From assembly GCA_046563655.1 (NCBI GenBank), contig CM102286.1, positions 6,324,001 to 6,388,000 of the forward strand: a stretch of DNA of 64,000 nucleotides, read 5' to 3'. The DNA comes from Yuukianura sp. NJ FZ-2021. Taxonomy: Eukaryota. Made by a program: the position numbers and the translations under genes. Positions 1 through 14,055 of the stretch are shown here, one piece after another. The number at the start of each line of letters is the position of its first letter. The stretch's first letter is position 1. Below the pieces are notes generated by a model that was not told where the DNA came from, searched no databases, and was given only the letters and a program-made list of their open reading frames with translations.

Positions 1-1604
1 CACGCTGAAAACTTTATCAATTAGACTATAGAAACTATTGGTAGAAGAGGCTGTGTCGTTACTGGCAATACCCGTAATATCAAATCGTTTTTCAAACTTC
101 GTGCAAGGATTCAACTTTAGAATCAAGAGTATTATCCCGATTGATTTTCTGCTGCACAATATTTGGAACTTTAGCTGTAACATACGCTTATAGAAAATCT
201 TGATTCACATTGTCGAGTCAATTTGTAGCAGCGTCGATTACGCGGAAAATGACTCAAATCATGTTAAAAAGTGAATTGAAAAAAAAAAATTCGAAAAAGT
301 TGGCAAAATAAGTTTCTTTCCTGGATCCGAACACGTCTGGGTCCAGTTTGAAGTTTTCAAAAAAAAAAAAATTCTCTAAAACAACGTTTGGTACTAAAGT
401 AGTGTGAAAATGAGTTTTAAAAGAATTTGGAAAAATTTGTTTTGTTGATCCTGAAGGGTCCCTCCTTCGCTTCACTTTCAAAGATTGTAAAAACAACCAA
501 GTCTAAAAACATGCAATGGGGGGCCTTACCCAACAACAGATTTGTTTGCGGAAAACGATTGGAATTGACTTAACAGGCGTCAAAACCAAACAATATTCAG
601 AAATAAAGCCGTAAACATAACGGAAGTTTCATTTTTGTCACGGATTCGTTTTATTTATATGTTATAGCTACTGAAGAGTATAACACGGAAAACAAACTTC
701 AATAGATCTTGCAACAAATATCGATTTCTTGATTTACAAACAGAGTTCATTTCTCAAAATGAACTATTAAACTATAAAAATCTTATATCGAAATACGAAA
801 AGTTGTTACACAAATTCGACTAAATTCAGTTTAGGTAACGGAGACGGAAGAGATATGGGTGGGTTTCTTAAGATTTGTTGTAACTACCTAAAAGAAATTT
901 TATGAACTTGACAACCAAACTAACGTTGAGCAACAGCATCATTAAGCTTATTTAGCAGTTTGAAGCATGAGGGGCAATTTTGAAAATTTCGAAAACTAAC
1001 TTATTCATAACGATTATCCTCCGTGTTTTATCCAAAAACAATTTGTCCTGACCTTAGTCACCCTATGCGAAGCTTAGTTTAACTTATTTAGCATTATATA
1101 GGTTAAACTTACATTAGTATGATTGTCTTCTGTACTAAAGTAAATCAGTCGGGGAAGTATTTTTTAGAAAAGGTTGACAATTTGCAAGAAAATACTGAAA
1201 AATTCATATCTAGTTTAAGTTACCAGTATTGAACTTTTTGTTTTACAGCAACAGGAAGGAGAGTAAGAAGTTTCAAAAATTTAAATTAATGTTAGGTTGA
1301 AACTAGTTATGGCCACGGCTTACAATTAATATGGTAAACTTCCACTATTTTTTATACCTTAATCTCTAATTTGTTTCATTTGTTTCTTTCTATCTTTTTA
1401 CATTTTTGTAAAAGAATGTCTTCAAACAATCTCTGTCTTAAAAAAGTTAAAGCTTGATTTCACAAATTGAACTTAAGGGTGTTCTTCTATGTTTTCCTTT
1501 GAAAACGAAAACTCCTCTAAAAGATATTCTGAACGTTCAAAAAATTGCTAGGCTGAATATTTTGCAAATCTAGTTTTCTAAGTTCTTCAGATTCAAAATT
1601 CAGA

Positions 1605-4600
1605 TTATTGCGGTAGAAGTTTGAATGGTTTTGGCGGACGGGCAGGCGGGAAAGATTCGCGCGCTTCTTGTGTTTGCTTTGAACAATTTGAATTTTGAAC
1701 AGTCGGAGTCGTAGGTGCTTTCTGATTGGTTATCAGCGCACTGTCGCTTGAATTGAGTAATGCTTTGATCAGGGGTAGCTCCAGTACAGCGCACTTCTTA
1801 CGTATTGAAGTCAAATCTACTTCACTGGGTGAAGGGACCTGGAATATTCAAAAATTGCGTTTAGAATATTTGAAATTTTGGTTAAAATTTTCGATTTCTT
1901 TTGAAAAAAAAACTTACCGTCTTCTTTTTATAAGGTGGTGGAGGTGGCAGATTGTAAAATGCTTGAAGCGTCTCTTCCGTTTCCTGCACAGGTTGTGAGT
2001 ACAGCGATTCTTCGGATCGTGAGAGCAACTTCATCCGAATTCTGCAATCGCTGGAACTTAAACCATCCTTAGTCAGGAGCTTTTGTACAGCTTTCCGCAT
2101 TCCATTCTCAATTAAGACTTGATTTGACGTTTTGTAAGGAGGAAGTGGTGGGGCTGAATGAGTTGACGCTGGATAGTAAATTTGAAGTGGCGGAGACGAT
2201 AGGTGGGGGTGGCTTCCCATTAAACTCTGTGTTGACAAATACTTTTGTAGATTCTCAGCATTTAGGCCAAATGCCGAACAGGATCCAATTGTACTTGGAG
2301 TTCCCATGGCATAAGATCCGCCGCCATATTGAGACGATGAGCACTGGGACAAATTTGAACTCATTCCTGGTGCGTAGATGAGGGACGTGTAAGAGTTTTG
2401 TTGCTGGGCTAAGTTGTTGGTTGATGCTGTAGGGGTTGGTGGGACAGGGGTGGGGGTGGCTGGCAGTGGTCTTGGTGGCTTTTTGGCATTTTGGTTGGGT
2501 GGGACAGGCGTAGTTGTGACTGGTGGGTCAAAGGGGTAGGGTGGAGGCGGTGGTAAATATGGCGGGGGAATATCGTTGGCATTTAGCATTGTATTGCTTG
2601 TCATTGTACTGCGACTGAGGTTTCTGGAGTCAGAGTATTCTTGTTGACTCAAGCGAGGGTCCTTTGGCGGAAAAATGACATAGTCCATGTCCGAGTACAA
2701 CTGGGCCTTAAACTGCTGAATCTGAGACCGAGTGACATCACTTGCATATGGCGCAGCGGTCAATGACCCTGCTGAAGCACTGCAAGTATTTGGCTTGGAA
2801 GCTTCTGCGCATGAGCGCTGATTTGACCTGGTCATTTCCTGCGCATTATTCCCGCTGGTTCCAAAGTTTGAACAATTTGTGGCTGCTGTTGTTGTTGGAT
2901 AAACAATGGGAGCACGTGATAGTGGTTTAAGATTTTGCAAACCTTGGTAGAAAGTATGTAGATTGTTGGGTACACTTCCACAACGATTTTTTCCAGTAAT
3001 TGGGGGGAGGACTACTGGAGGGGGCCCTTTTCTCGGCGGGAAAAGTTGAGGATGAAGATGACTTGAAGTGACCTGCTGTTTTGATTGGTGGGAAGTGATG
3101 AAATCTGGTTTGGCCCTTAGGTTTGACCCTACTATTTGATTTGAGTTGTTACGAACTGGAGAGGAGGCGTGTACGTCAATATAATTATTGGGTCGGATAA
3201 TAATGGAGGAAGAAGATGAAGGTTTTGGTGGAAGTGGTGGCAAGGGAACTTTTCTGGCCGCATTAGCATTAGTTCCACCACGGTTAATGACGTTAGTTGA
3301 CGTTGTTGTTGACTCTTCTGACGCCACAGTGTCGTAAATGTTGTCCAGACTCATAGAATGTGTCATTGTCGGTTGGACAACATGTGACTGGGTTCTCCTT
3401 GAAGGTGTTCCTGGTTTTGGCACTTGTGAACGATGGTAGAGGAGTTGAGCTTGTCCTGGAACTGCAACTGTTGTCGGAGTGGCGTAAGCCGTTTGAATTA
3501 GAATTTGGGGTTTGGATGTTATGAAACGGGCGTCAACGGGTTTCGATGTCGCAGTTCGTATTACGCAGCAGTTTGACTGTTGCGACGACAACTTTTGTGG
3601 TTTCGGTGGCGGTTCGGGGGCTAGTTCTGGAATAACGATGGTATTGAGTGCATTTGTAGACTTGGACATCGCTTTGGCTTTGTTCAGTGACAACTTTTCT
3701 AGATTCCGACGCAGTAGTTCCATTTGAGCAGGATCGACTGGATGTCTCCTTGGAAGAGTACTAATGGCAGGCGGAACTGGTTTGCAGTCAACTTCATCTA
3801 CGACGTTACCACAACTTTTGTGATGTGAATTCCCTTTGCCGAACTTCCACAGACGACATATCGTAGGTTTCTTTGGCGGAGGTGGTCTTGGATGAAGTGG
3901 TGGCAGTTGGACATAGTCTGAATCCGTGTCAAAGTTGTCACTAACTGTTCGTGTACTTGGATAACGCCCTTTGTCGAACTCAACGTAGCAACCATCACTG
4001 GCATCATCTAGTGATCCCATACTTGAATTCTTGAAATTGAAATCATCTTTGGCATTTCCCTTCATCCTGGTCGTCCAAGGGCCTACGCGCTGGGTTCGAA
4101 GGTACTTGAGCGACGCCACTTTAGTTGCAACTCCTACCATTTCTTTAGCTGAGGCAATCGTAGTACCCTTCATGGTCACCTTATTTGTCGTCCTAGTACC
4201 CTTGTGACCACAATGACTCTTGTGCTGTTTTTCGTTTCGATGATTAGACGATCGTACGATCTCTTTGAATTCCTTGCCAGGCGACCTTGGTTTTGTCTTT
4301 GGTTCCAATACTGCAACTGCTGAAAACGTTGAAGAATTTTCTTGCGTGTGTTTTGTTTTCGGAGCATTTTCGCTGATTTCACCATAAACGTGCTCTGGAG
4401 ACTTGGAATCTTCTGGACAGGGTTTCATCTCCTCAGGCGTCTCGCCATTTTCCAAGGAAATGTCAACGGCCTTGAGCGTTTTCTCACTGGCTAAAGATGG
4501 CGTGTGGTGATGATTGGCCAAAAGTTGATTTGAAGTTGAATCTCCACTGGAAGATTCAACTTCAAAGTCATCTTCGTCAGCTAAACAGGAATTGCATTCG

Positions 4601-7600
4601 CAAAAGGCAGCACAAGCGTCCTTCTCACGCCCATCATTGATCGTTCTGACAAGAAGGGAGCGGCAAGGACCCGAATCGCAACAGTCATCTTCGCAGTCGG
4701 AATCACAGTACCAATATTTCGCTTCAGCTCCGCCACCACCAGGCCCTTCAAGGGCTCCACCGTTGTGCCTTGGAATTCCTTCAGCGTGATGATGAGGTTT
4801 TAATGAATGGTGGTGCTGATGATGCCTTTTGGACGTTTTGTGAGTCAGGGATTCTAGGGATGTGGAATTATTTGTTCCTGTTCCACGATCGGTGCAGCAA
4901 TCGGAAATTCTTAGCTCCAGGTCTTCTGTTTCAAAAAAGAGAACAAAAAGTTAGGGTCAGAATTTTTTTTTTTAAAGATTGGAAATCGTTTTGAAACTCA
5001 TCATCTCTCAAAATGTACAACTTTTTTTTCTGTTTGAAAATTGCAATCTTTTGTTTCCACTCGATTGTCCATTAACACCTTAAACTCGTTTTTTTTTTGT
5101 TTCCTTCCACAAGTCTTCTGGAATTTGCTTGGTCACCTCATTCACTTTCCGGATTAGTCACTTTTCCAATACCTTTTGCAGTCTGTTCACGTTATTGATG
5201 AAGTTTTCGAAAGTAATTAAAGTGTGCAGGTAATTGAATCCATTTCTACGGTGTGAGCAATTAACAAGCAAAAGAGAATCTTCTAAAGTGACTCAAGATC
5301 CTGCGCAGAACGTTGCTCATTAGTTAGCTTAAAGGAGCGTACTCCGATTCTACTCTAGCTTTTGGAAGTTTGCGCTTCCAAAATAGCTGTAGACTTTTTT
5401 TTTCTAATGTATTTTTTTTTTTTTTTGAATTTCTTTTTTTAATGTTAAGCGTGAGTTAATCCTTAAGGGCTCTACCTTCACTTCCATCAAGGCTGTAGAC
5501 GCGATCGGACACGATGCCTGAGGTAGTGTTGGAAGAGGCGTTACTAATGACCGAAACTCGTTGATGGTCACTCGATGGATGATTTCCAGTCGGAAGAAGG
5601 AGTCCGTCCGCCCAAAGTGACAGATCCAACATCTTTTCATCAGTTCTAGAGGCTGGGCCAGTTGTGCTAAGGCTATCTCCATGGCCGTTGATCGTGTTGG
5701 AAGCCCCAGTCGTTCCAGTATTCGTAGCTAACGAACTGGTTCGATGGTCGCCTGGCAGCGGTGGGGCAAGAATTCGATGATTAGAGAGGTGGAACTGGTG
5801 GGTCGAGCGACATAGGAGAAGAAGGTGGCGGGGCAGAGATTCCGTCCAGCTTGTGAACACGAGCTTCTCAGTTGACGTGGACCCATTACATGAACAAGCT
5901 CGACCACGAATTTCAAATTTCTTTCTCTGAAAGGAAAAAAAAACTTCAGAAATTATGTATCTGACAACCATATATTTCTCAACGGCCGGAATGGAATGAA
6001 GATGAGGTAGACTGTAAAAGTTGGAAGATTTGGACATAGCACACGACAAGATTCAAATTTAACACCTCCAGGCGTACTTCTCTACGTCGCTCTTATCTAC
6101 TCCAAATGATCTTCTTCCCTGTCTGTTCATCCAAAGGCATATTCCCTATCTCTATAAATCATCATCAAGGATCAAGGTCACACTTCTTCCAAGAAGGGGA
6201 AGATGATACTTAATTCCTGAATCTAATTTACATTTGAATAGTTTCGGAGAATAGAAATAACTAAACTTTTAAACGAGTTTTTAAAAGTTTTGTGAATTTC
6301 AACTTCGGAGAACTTCGCCACTCCTTCAAAATCACATACCTCAAAGTATAATTTGGTGATGCTGGCCCATAAAAAAGTTATTTTCGGCTGTTCCGGAGTT
6401 TCGTTACGGCCCAGTTCATTCTACAGAAGCAAAAAAATGTTGTTTTCAGTCGTTTAATTTTCAAAACATACGGGAAAATGAAGCTTTTCCCGCCAGCTTG
6501 TCGTGTTTTTTTCATAAGATGAGTCTAACCTGGTAGACTTCGATTCCTTTGGGAGTGACCCCAATCCAGGCCTGGGAGTCTTTACCATCTTTGGTCCTAA
6601 GTGTCATTCCATAGAGGTGCATGTTGTAAGTGGGGCTGAGGAAGCGGATGAAAGCAGATCTAGCAGGCCCTTGGCCAAGGCCAGCCAGAGCTTGGTGGGC
6701 CCTGCGGAGGCTGGCTTCGGCCGTTGCCTTGGACATCCCTGGCAAGTCGTCTAGAATGGAACTGACGAAGGGCGGGGTGTCTTGACATGATGGTGTCCAG
6801 TCTCCCACTTCGCTCTGAAGGGCATAAGCTAAGGGTTGGAGTAGATTTGTACTTGAGCGTCGGATGGTGGTCGTTAGGTTGGAGCGGAGCTGGAGGTAGT
6901 AATGGAGAAGGGACACAACATCACTGGAAATAAGAAAAACTTTAAATTATTCAGTCTTCCAAGGGCCCCTCACTAGCTTAAGGGCCCAGGTGAGATTTCC
7001 ATTTTTGGAAGTTTATGGTACAGCAACCCCAGTGACCTCGCCCAATAAGTCCAACAACACTATCCAAAAATAAGTTTTTCAAAACTGTGTAACTTTCCTA
7101 AAAATCAGGACGGTACGCAAGTTTAAGCTCATAAGTTTATTTGCGCATGCGCATCAATATTTTAGTGACCTTACGCCTCGAGAATTTGAGTTGACAAATG
7201 ATGTCGCCCCAATGTGACACCAATGTCACCATAGTTGTTTCTGGACATGGATCTTTGTCAACCTTAGGAATGAATTAATGTTAAGGGTGGGGCACACCAT
7301 CCACACAGTCATTCATTTCCCTTACTACTCTCCCCATGTCGCCATGACTGTTGAAAAAAAACACAGTCTTAAGCCGGATGTTAGTCCTTAAGGAAATCCT
7401 AGACCCTTAACGGCTTACATCCAACTTCCGGCCCCTTAGCATGTCAAAACCAAACTTACAGAAGCTCGCGCAAGCGTATTGGCCGCGATCTGTGAAGTAT
7501 ATAGCAAGGCCACTGCTACTAGGTTAGACATTATTGGACATTGTAATGCAGTCCCCGTGCCTCGACAGCATCCGAAGGGTCTCAATGTCACTCGGTGTGG

Positions 7601-10600
7601 ATAATGTGGGAAACAATTAGTAGTTTATGAGGGGCCTGTCAATCAGGACTTGTAGGGGCGGAGCTGAGTGAAGGGCTCATGCCCTAGGAATTTCCTTTGT
7701 CAAGATCAAACATCGTTTCCTGAGGAACTTGGAAGATGGACGAAGTGGGTACTTTGTTGGTGGGTTGGAGGAAATAACGAAGTGGGTACTTACAAAGCTG
7801 GAGGAAGTGACTCGAGGTAGAAGTGGACTCGGCAGTAGAGTACCAGACCCTTATGGCTTTCCTGTAACAAAATTCAAAAAAATTCATGAAAGTAACTTCA
7901 CAACAACTTTGAAATTTGAAAAGTTGGAAGAATGAAGTTCCTTTCCAGGGAACAAAGTAGAAACATGTGATGGCCAGTGGCATAAACACATCACATCTGG
8001 ATATTTTGATGGTTACTTGGTTTCTGGGATGATGGTTACTGGTGGTTACGATGGTTAAGGGACGAAAAGGTTGTGTACAAGGTGCATAAGGCTCTCTAAT
8101 GATGATGAGATGCTGCTTTTCCGTTCAAAAAAATTTCCAGAGAAAGAACTCGTTAACATTTTTCCCTGTTTTTTTTTATTTCATTTCATGGGGAAGTGGA
8201 ACTTTTTCAAAAAGGTTATTCGAAATCTTTGTCATATGGGAGTGCTCGAGGTGCGAAGAAAACACGCTTTCAAAATTTTGAAAAAGTATTTTATTGCTGA
8301 GAAAAGTATAAAGTGGTACTTAATTTCAAGTCGAAATTCGGAAAACTTCAAAATTCCAACTTGGCGTCCCTCCGACGTCATTATTTCGCAATCACGTCGT
8401 TTCAGAATTTTCAAAAATTCCGAAACCAAATACGCTGAAATGTAAAACCAAAGGTTTAATATTTTCTCTTCAACTTTAAATACGAGTTTTGGGAATGCTA
8501 AAATCTGCTTTTGAAATCTCGAGGGATGGTGCCATGTTTCTGAAAATGAAGGGCCCATGAAGGACTTGTTGAAATCTTGAAACCAACTCGTAAAAGAAGA
8601 AATGAACGCGCCTTTGACCGTATCCCTGGATCCATTAAAGGCTTCTATGCTCCATGTAAGTGACTATCTGCGTTGGCTTCCAAGTACTCACTTTTAGTAC
8701 ACCTTTTCCATACAAACGATCTTTGGAGATCCCAAGGGACTCTAACGCCTAATTTTAAACCGTAGAACGTCGTATAATGTTTTTTATTTGGGAACAAGGA
8801 GCTACCGGAATTAAGTCTCAACATCCCCAACCTAACCCTAAAGGCCCTCGAGGGTGAGATGAATTAAAGCGTTGGAAGATACATAACTTTTGAAGTCATG
8901 AAGATTCAAAGGAAGATTAGACTAAAAAAACGTAAGCCAAACTGTTACTAGCCTAACCGGCAAGAATAACCTAACTTATTCCTATTGAATGTCCATTGAT
9001 TCCTATTGGTCGAGGGCTGTTCAAACGAAGCTTACTGAAACAAAGAACTGCATTCTCAGTTTATTAATAGTTTTCCTCTCTGTTTGAAATGATGAACGGA
9101 GAGAAGAGATGGACCCCAACCGGGTAACATCCCGAAATAACCGAGGAATTCACATCCCTCCATTGATGGAGAGCCCTTATCTTCATTCTAAGGGCCCACA
9201 TGCGTGTTCCCCAAGGATTTATGCTGCGTAGGCTTAAATTCCAGGCCCTTATACCCTTAACAGAGATGAATTCTGACCATGTGGAAAGTTCATCTGCTTC
9301 CAACTTTTACATACATACACTACGCTATGCAAGGAAATGGCCTTCGTCTATCTCAATTTCGTTTTGTTTTTCAAAAACTAAAATTGTACTACAACCACTA
9401 TTAGACCAAAAAAAACCACACCAGAAAAAATTTGCCAAGCAAATTGCTGTAACATTAGCCTTGACCTTGTACAGCAAAAGTCGACAGCAAAATATTTAAA
9501 TTAAATTCATTTAGAAGAAGAAAAAAAAATTAAAACGTGTAATTACATAAATAAATAGAATAAAAATTTGTACATGAAATGGAGTTGAAAATTCTGTTGT
9601 AAAAAATAAAGAAGTGGTTTTGAGTTGTAACGTAATTGTTTTCAACCGAAATTTCAACTAAATTCCATTGAAGCTGTGCAATATAATTTAGAAGTTTTAA
9701 ATTGTAACTTGTATGATGTGGGGGAACGAGTTTTTGAAGACTCGCTGTCTCCACATCCGGTCTCAATGTTTAGAGACTCGTAAGAGAGTATGGAGCGGAT
9801 GTTTTGAAAATGTTTTTAAATGGTTGTACGGTTGTCAAAAAAGTTTTAACGTTTGAATTCTGAGTTGTACATCAAATACCATGCCACAGCTGCCTTTGCT
9901 TTGGAACTTGACTCTTTGTATTTTATATTTTGGAAACTTTATCCATATTTCATCTTTTTAAGAGAACTGCATTCCTTCTCTGAGCCTTTGACCTTTCCAA
10001 AATCAATTGTTGAATCTTTCAGCATGAACTCATGCAAGGAATTTGTTTCTTTAGGGCACGAACCATCAAACTTCTTTCTGCTCATCTTCCATTTCCTTCC
10101 ACTTAAACCAAGTGACAAGGGCAGAGGAATCTTCTTCCTAAATTACAAGGGCATGCCACAAGCTTTTTTAGTGGAAAATTTCTTAAAATGTTTTTTTCAG
10201 AAATGGTTTGTCACTACTATTTGATTTTCTACGTCAAGAGAAAAAGACTCAACCATGAAATTTTTGTTTGTTTAAATTGACAGAAGAATTTCAAGGCAAC
10301 TTTTGCAACGTCTACTAATCTTGTGTTGTTGGCGGAACTGAAAAAAAAACGTCATATTTGCAAATCCCACTTCCCATTGTTCTTTCTTGCTTGTGCAAAA
10401 AATTCCTTGGTAGAAGGACTAGGGCGAAATCCACTTGGAAAGTCGGCAGATGCAAAATTCTGCGAAATTCCTTCAATTTCAACACGCAACTTTAAAAAGA
10501 CTATACAGTGAAGTTGCATGACTTTATACTACGAACTCCTTGAGTAAGGCAACGTAAAGCTTATTATACTAAAGGTAAATTCCCTTGAAAGTACCGTAAT

Positions 10601-13497
10601 ATAGCAATTTAGGCCTCAAACAATTCCTTTTAACACTTTTTTTCATCGACAGGACAAGGTGAGTAGTGGAGGATTAACTGAAGGGAGAAATGACCTTTGC
10701 CAAAATTTTCATCTCGACTGCGTCCAAACTAAAAACACGTTTTGTGTAAATTTCTACTTTAATTTAGGTTTTACCAAAACAGTCTTGGTTCTAATTTGTT
10801 TTTTTAATCCGATTTTTTTTTACAAAAACTTTTTTTTTTGTAATTTCACAAACGCCACTTTAACAAAAACGGGAGGAGGTTAAATTTTTTGTCGCAGCCT
10901 GATAGTAATTTGCTGTGTAAGCTAACTATTACTGTGCAAATTGAAAAGGGGACAAAAATTTCCAAAATTTTTACGCCAACACAACTTTTTTTCCGAGGTA
11001 AAAAAATTTTCAGGTCCGGTTTAACACTCCATTGTAAGCACAAATAAAAAAATACATGTGCACTTACGTATAGTATTAATTTTCTAAGAATAAGATTTTT
11101 TAAGGGACCAGAAAAGTTGCACTTTGAAGTGGGGTACTTACAATGACCATATGAAAGTTAAATCTAAGTCTTTTTTTGTTCATAATTTTTTTCATATTTT
11201 TCTGAATTGAAACTGAACAGCAGAAATTATGGAGTGCAAATTTGAACAGGTGAGATGCGTGTTGAGAAGGCGTAGGAATGCTGACTAGACCGAGGAAAAT
11301 TGAAAAGTGAAAATTATGAACTGGCTGAAAATGGAAGACGGGACGCAGACGCCCTGTGTTGTAGTAAACATTCGACTCATGCTGTCAACATAATGATCAC
11401 GAGAAGATTGCTTTACAGAATAATTGTATAATTGAGACTCAAAAATTAGTTTGGAATAACAAAGGATGAAACTACAATTGTGGTTTTAAGTTTCAGATAG
11501 GCTTCAGTTTCTGGATAATCTACACAAGCAGCGGTAGACATGACATTCACAATTACTTTGACTTGGTATACACATGAATTATCTCTGCAGGGCCTCAAAA
11601 CCATTCCCTGCGTCCATCAATTGGATATGTACAGATTGTACAGGCTGTACATTGTACACATCGGGCATTGTACAGATACGTACAATGTCAAATTCACCTC
11701 CAGTCAAACAAGAATGCTTTTGAATCTTCTGACTAGCACTATGATTGGGCTGGACCAATCGGAGAGGGAACTTTTGAAATTGAAATTGAACCAGGTGCTT
11801 GTGACGTGAAACTATTTTGAAATTTTGAAATACCCCGCCAGTCAAAGGTGGAATAACAATGGACATTCAACCACAACAATGCCAAGGATATTTCCTTCAG
11901 GAATCCTATTTTTTTCAGAACTGAAAAAAATCTTTTGAGATGCTCTGGCATGGAGATCAAATTTTGAAAACTTACAATAATTTTCAGAAGCTTGGACAGG
12001 AGAGCGAGCAGCGGGAAATTTGAAATTGACTTGTTTCGGTTTTGAAAAACTTCAATTTTGACATTTGGAATTTTCATAAAAACTTACATTGATTGACGAT
12101 GATGAACCAGGTGTCGTCGTAGTGGTTTTCCCATCCTTTGCAACATACTTGGAAACTTTTGCATCTGGATCGACAAAAACCCAGTCTACACCTAAAAAGT
12201 CAAAATTTTAGAATTTTAGAAATTTTTCTGTGAAAATAGTGAAAGCAATGTTTGCTTAAATTATTGAAATAAAAACAAAACTTTCATTCAAACTGGATTT
12301 GAGCAAGTATCATGTAGGTGGTGATTTCAATTTTTGCGTCGGATGTTTTGTAGTTCGCAAAAAATTCAAATAATTATTCAGCGTTGTAAGGAAAATGTCA
12401 AGAAAAAAAAACTTCAATCAAAAACTGGTCTTTTTCGCATTCAGGAATTTTCGCTTGAACATTTCAAACTTTCCATTTCTGTTCATTCAAAATGTAAAAA
12501 TTCGAACTTCGTAATGGTAAACCCTGCACTTTTAGACACCCACGCCTGGAAATTACTTCAAAACCTGCTGAATGAAGCCAATCCTTTAACTTCAAAAAGT
12601 TGTCATTTAGCATTTATAGTTAAGCCTTCTCAGTTAATACATCCTCTCCAAATGATTTACGAAATAAACTTGTTATTTTCAAAAAGCATAAAATACAAGA
12701 ACCAAGTTTTTCTTGGTCATATAAAATACCTGTTTTGATGGCAAGGCCAAAAATTTGAGGATGGATCACACCGCGTGCCACCAACTCGCCTTGGACACGA
12801 TTCCAAATTGCGCTGCATGTTGTTTTGCCCTGTACGTTCAAAAAATAAGAAAACAGAAAAACAATTAACAACAATTCACGCACGTTTGGTTGGAATGGGA
12901 GGAACGCCTGTCGCATTCCATCACCCAATGTGCTAAAACTTAATCGCCTTACAACAATAACTTCAATTTAGACAATGCTCAAGTGATTAGGTTTGCATAA
13001 CATACATGCGCAAGTCTGAAAACAATTTAATAGCTGTTGCGCATATTAAACATAAAACTTATCAAAACGTAAGTAGCTTTGGCGTTGGCTGCGTTGAGTT
13101 GTAGAAGTAACGAAATTGCGAAATTTGTTCGAATATAAAATTGTTGCAGAAAAAAGAATTTGTAAGAAAAGTTTGCCTTTGTAAAAATTTAGCAAAACAA
13201 AAATTTGTAACGAAAGAATAATCTCGGTGAGTGTATGAACATTTGATCAAGCATTTTACAAAATGACAAGAAAATCTTGGATTGAACTTTAAAAAAATCT
13301 TCTTTTGGAAATTTTGAACTTTTTTTTTTTAGAAACATTACCTCTGTTGAGATGAGAATTGTTTCTCCAGTGAGTAATTCGACGGTAATTGTGCGAAGGT
13401 GAGTCCCGTTCGCTCCTGGTTGTTGAAAACCTTCAATAACACCGTTCCGCATTCTGGTCCTGCGTAGTCCCTCCCATATTTTAATTCTGTCCAACAT
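1605..13497 (-). CDS. ex: Expanded (FERM-domain Hippo pathway regulator), 9 coding exons, about 1531 aa
   Basis: Frame-consistent GT-AG exons: 13497-13342, 12829-12730, 12191-12088, 7861-7794, 6923-6530, 6420-6340, 5926-5476, 4925-1918, 1838-1605 (4596 nt). FERM motifs WVFVDPDAKVSKY, LYCRVHFYLE, HYYLQLR and LYFERKKFEIR; the TSGIVS degron; PPPY motifs; LYSDMDYVIFP; and C-terminal RKKCAVLELPLIKALLN, all typical of Expanded. Confidence 0.92.
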
Positions 13498-13619
13498 TTA
13501 AAGTTAACCAACACTTAACTTTAATTAACTTTGCACTTTCTCCTTCTGCTCTTAATTAGTGATTGTTGATTTAGTCCAAAATTAGTCAAAAGTTGTCCTA
13601 TAGTAAAAGTGAGTGTGGA

Positions 13620-14055
13620 GGAATGTGCGATTAGATTTAAGTGGTTGATAAGTAGGTAAAGCATTTAAAATTTAAGTACAGTGACGTAAGGGCATGCTTA
13701 GGGAATTGCACATCGCATAAGGCAGTTTGGCTGTGTTTTTTTTACTTTCCTTCAGGAATGAATGGGAGCGGACGGGGAGGAACTCCCTTTGAGCACCCTC
13801 CACCCCAGCCACATTCCTCAAATTCCAATCTCAACCTCCACCACTCCTCCCCTCCACATTCCAAGCACTAACTTATCCATAGAACTAAAGTTAATGCAGA
13901 GGAATGTTATCACTCAGGCACTCAAATCGGATTAAAAAGTTATCTGTCGGAGGTGTCAAAAAAGAAAAGTGAAAGTGATATCAAGAAGGACTTAATAATT
14001 CTTTCACACCTACTCAAAATTCCGTCTTTGGTGGTCCTTTACGCACTCTGGAATG
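13620..14055. promoter_or_regulatory. Cluster of six Scalloped/TEAD core motifs (GGAATG/CATTCC) upstream of expanded
   Basis: GGAATG at 13620, 13755, 13901 and 14050, and CATTCC at 13812 and 13857, lying about 120-560 bp upstream of the ex ATG. ex is a known Yorkie-Scalloped target in Drosophila. Confidence 0.6.

Noticed and set aside
1596..1607. Stop-codon readthrough of expanded or other genes
   Set aside because: The ex stop is TAA with another in-frame stop four codons later. None of the stops I checked has a leaky TGA-C context.
1882..4521. 879-aa ORF as a stand-alone gene
   Set aside because: It is part of one internal exon (4925-1918) of expanded. It starts at TTG and runs past a GTAAGT donor.
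7267..7320. Possible pre-miRNA hairpin in an expanded intron
   Set aside because: Pairing by eye is short and interrupted, and I recognise no mature miRNA. Folding and small-RNA data would be needed.
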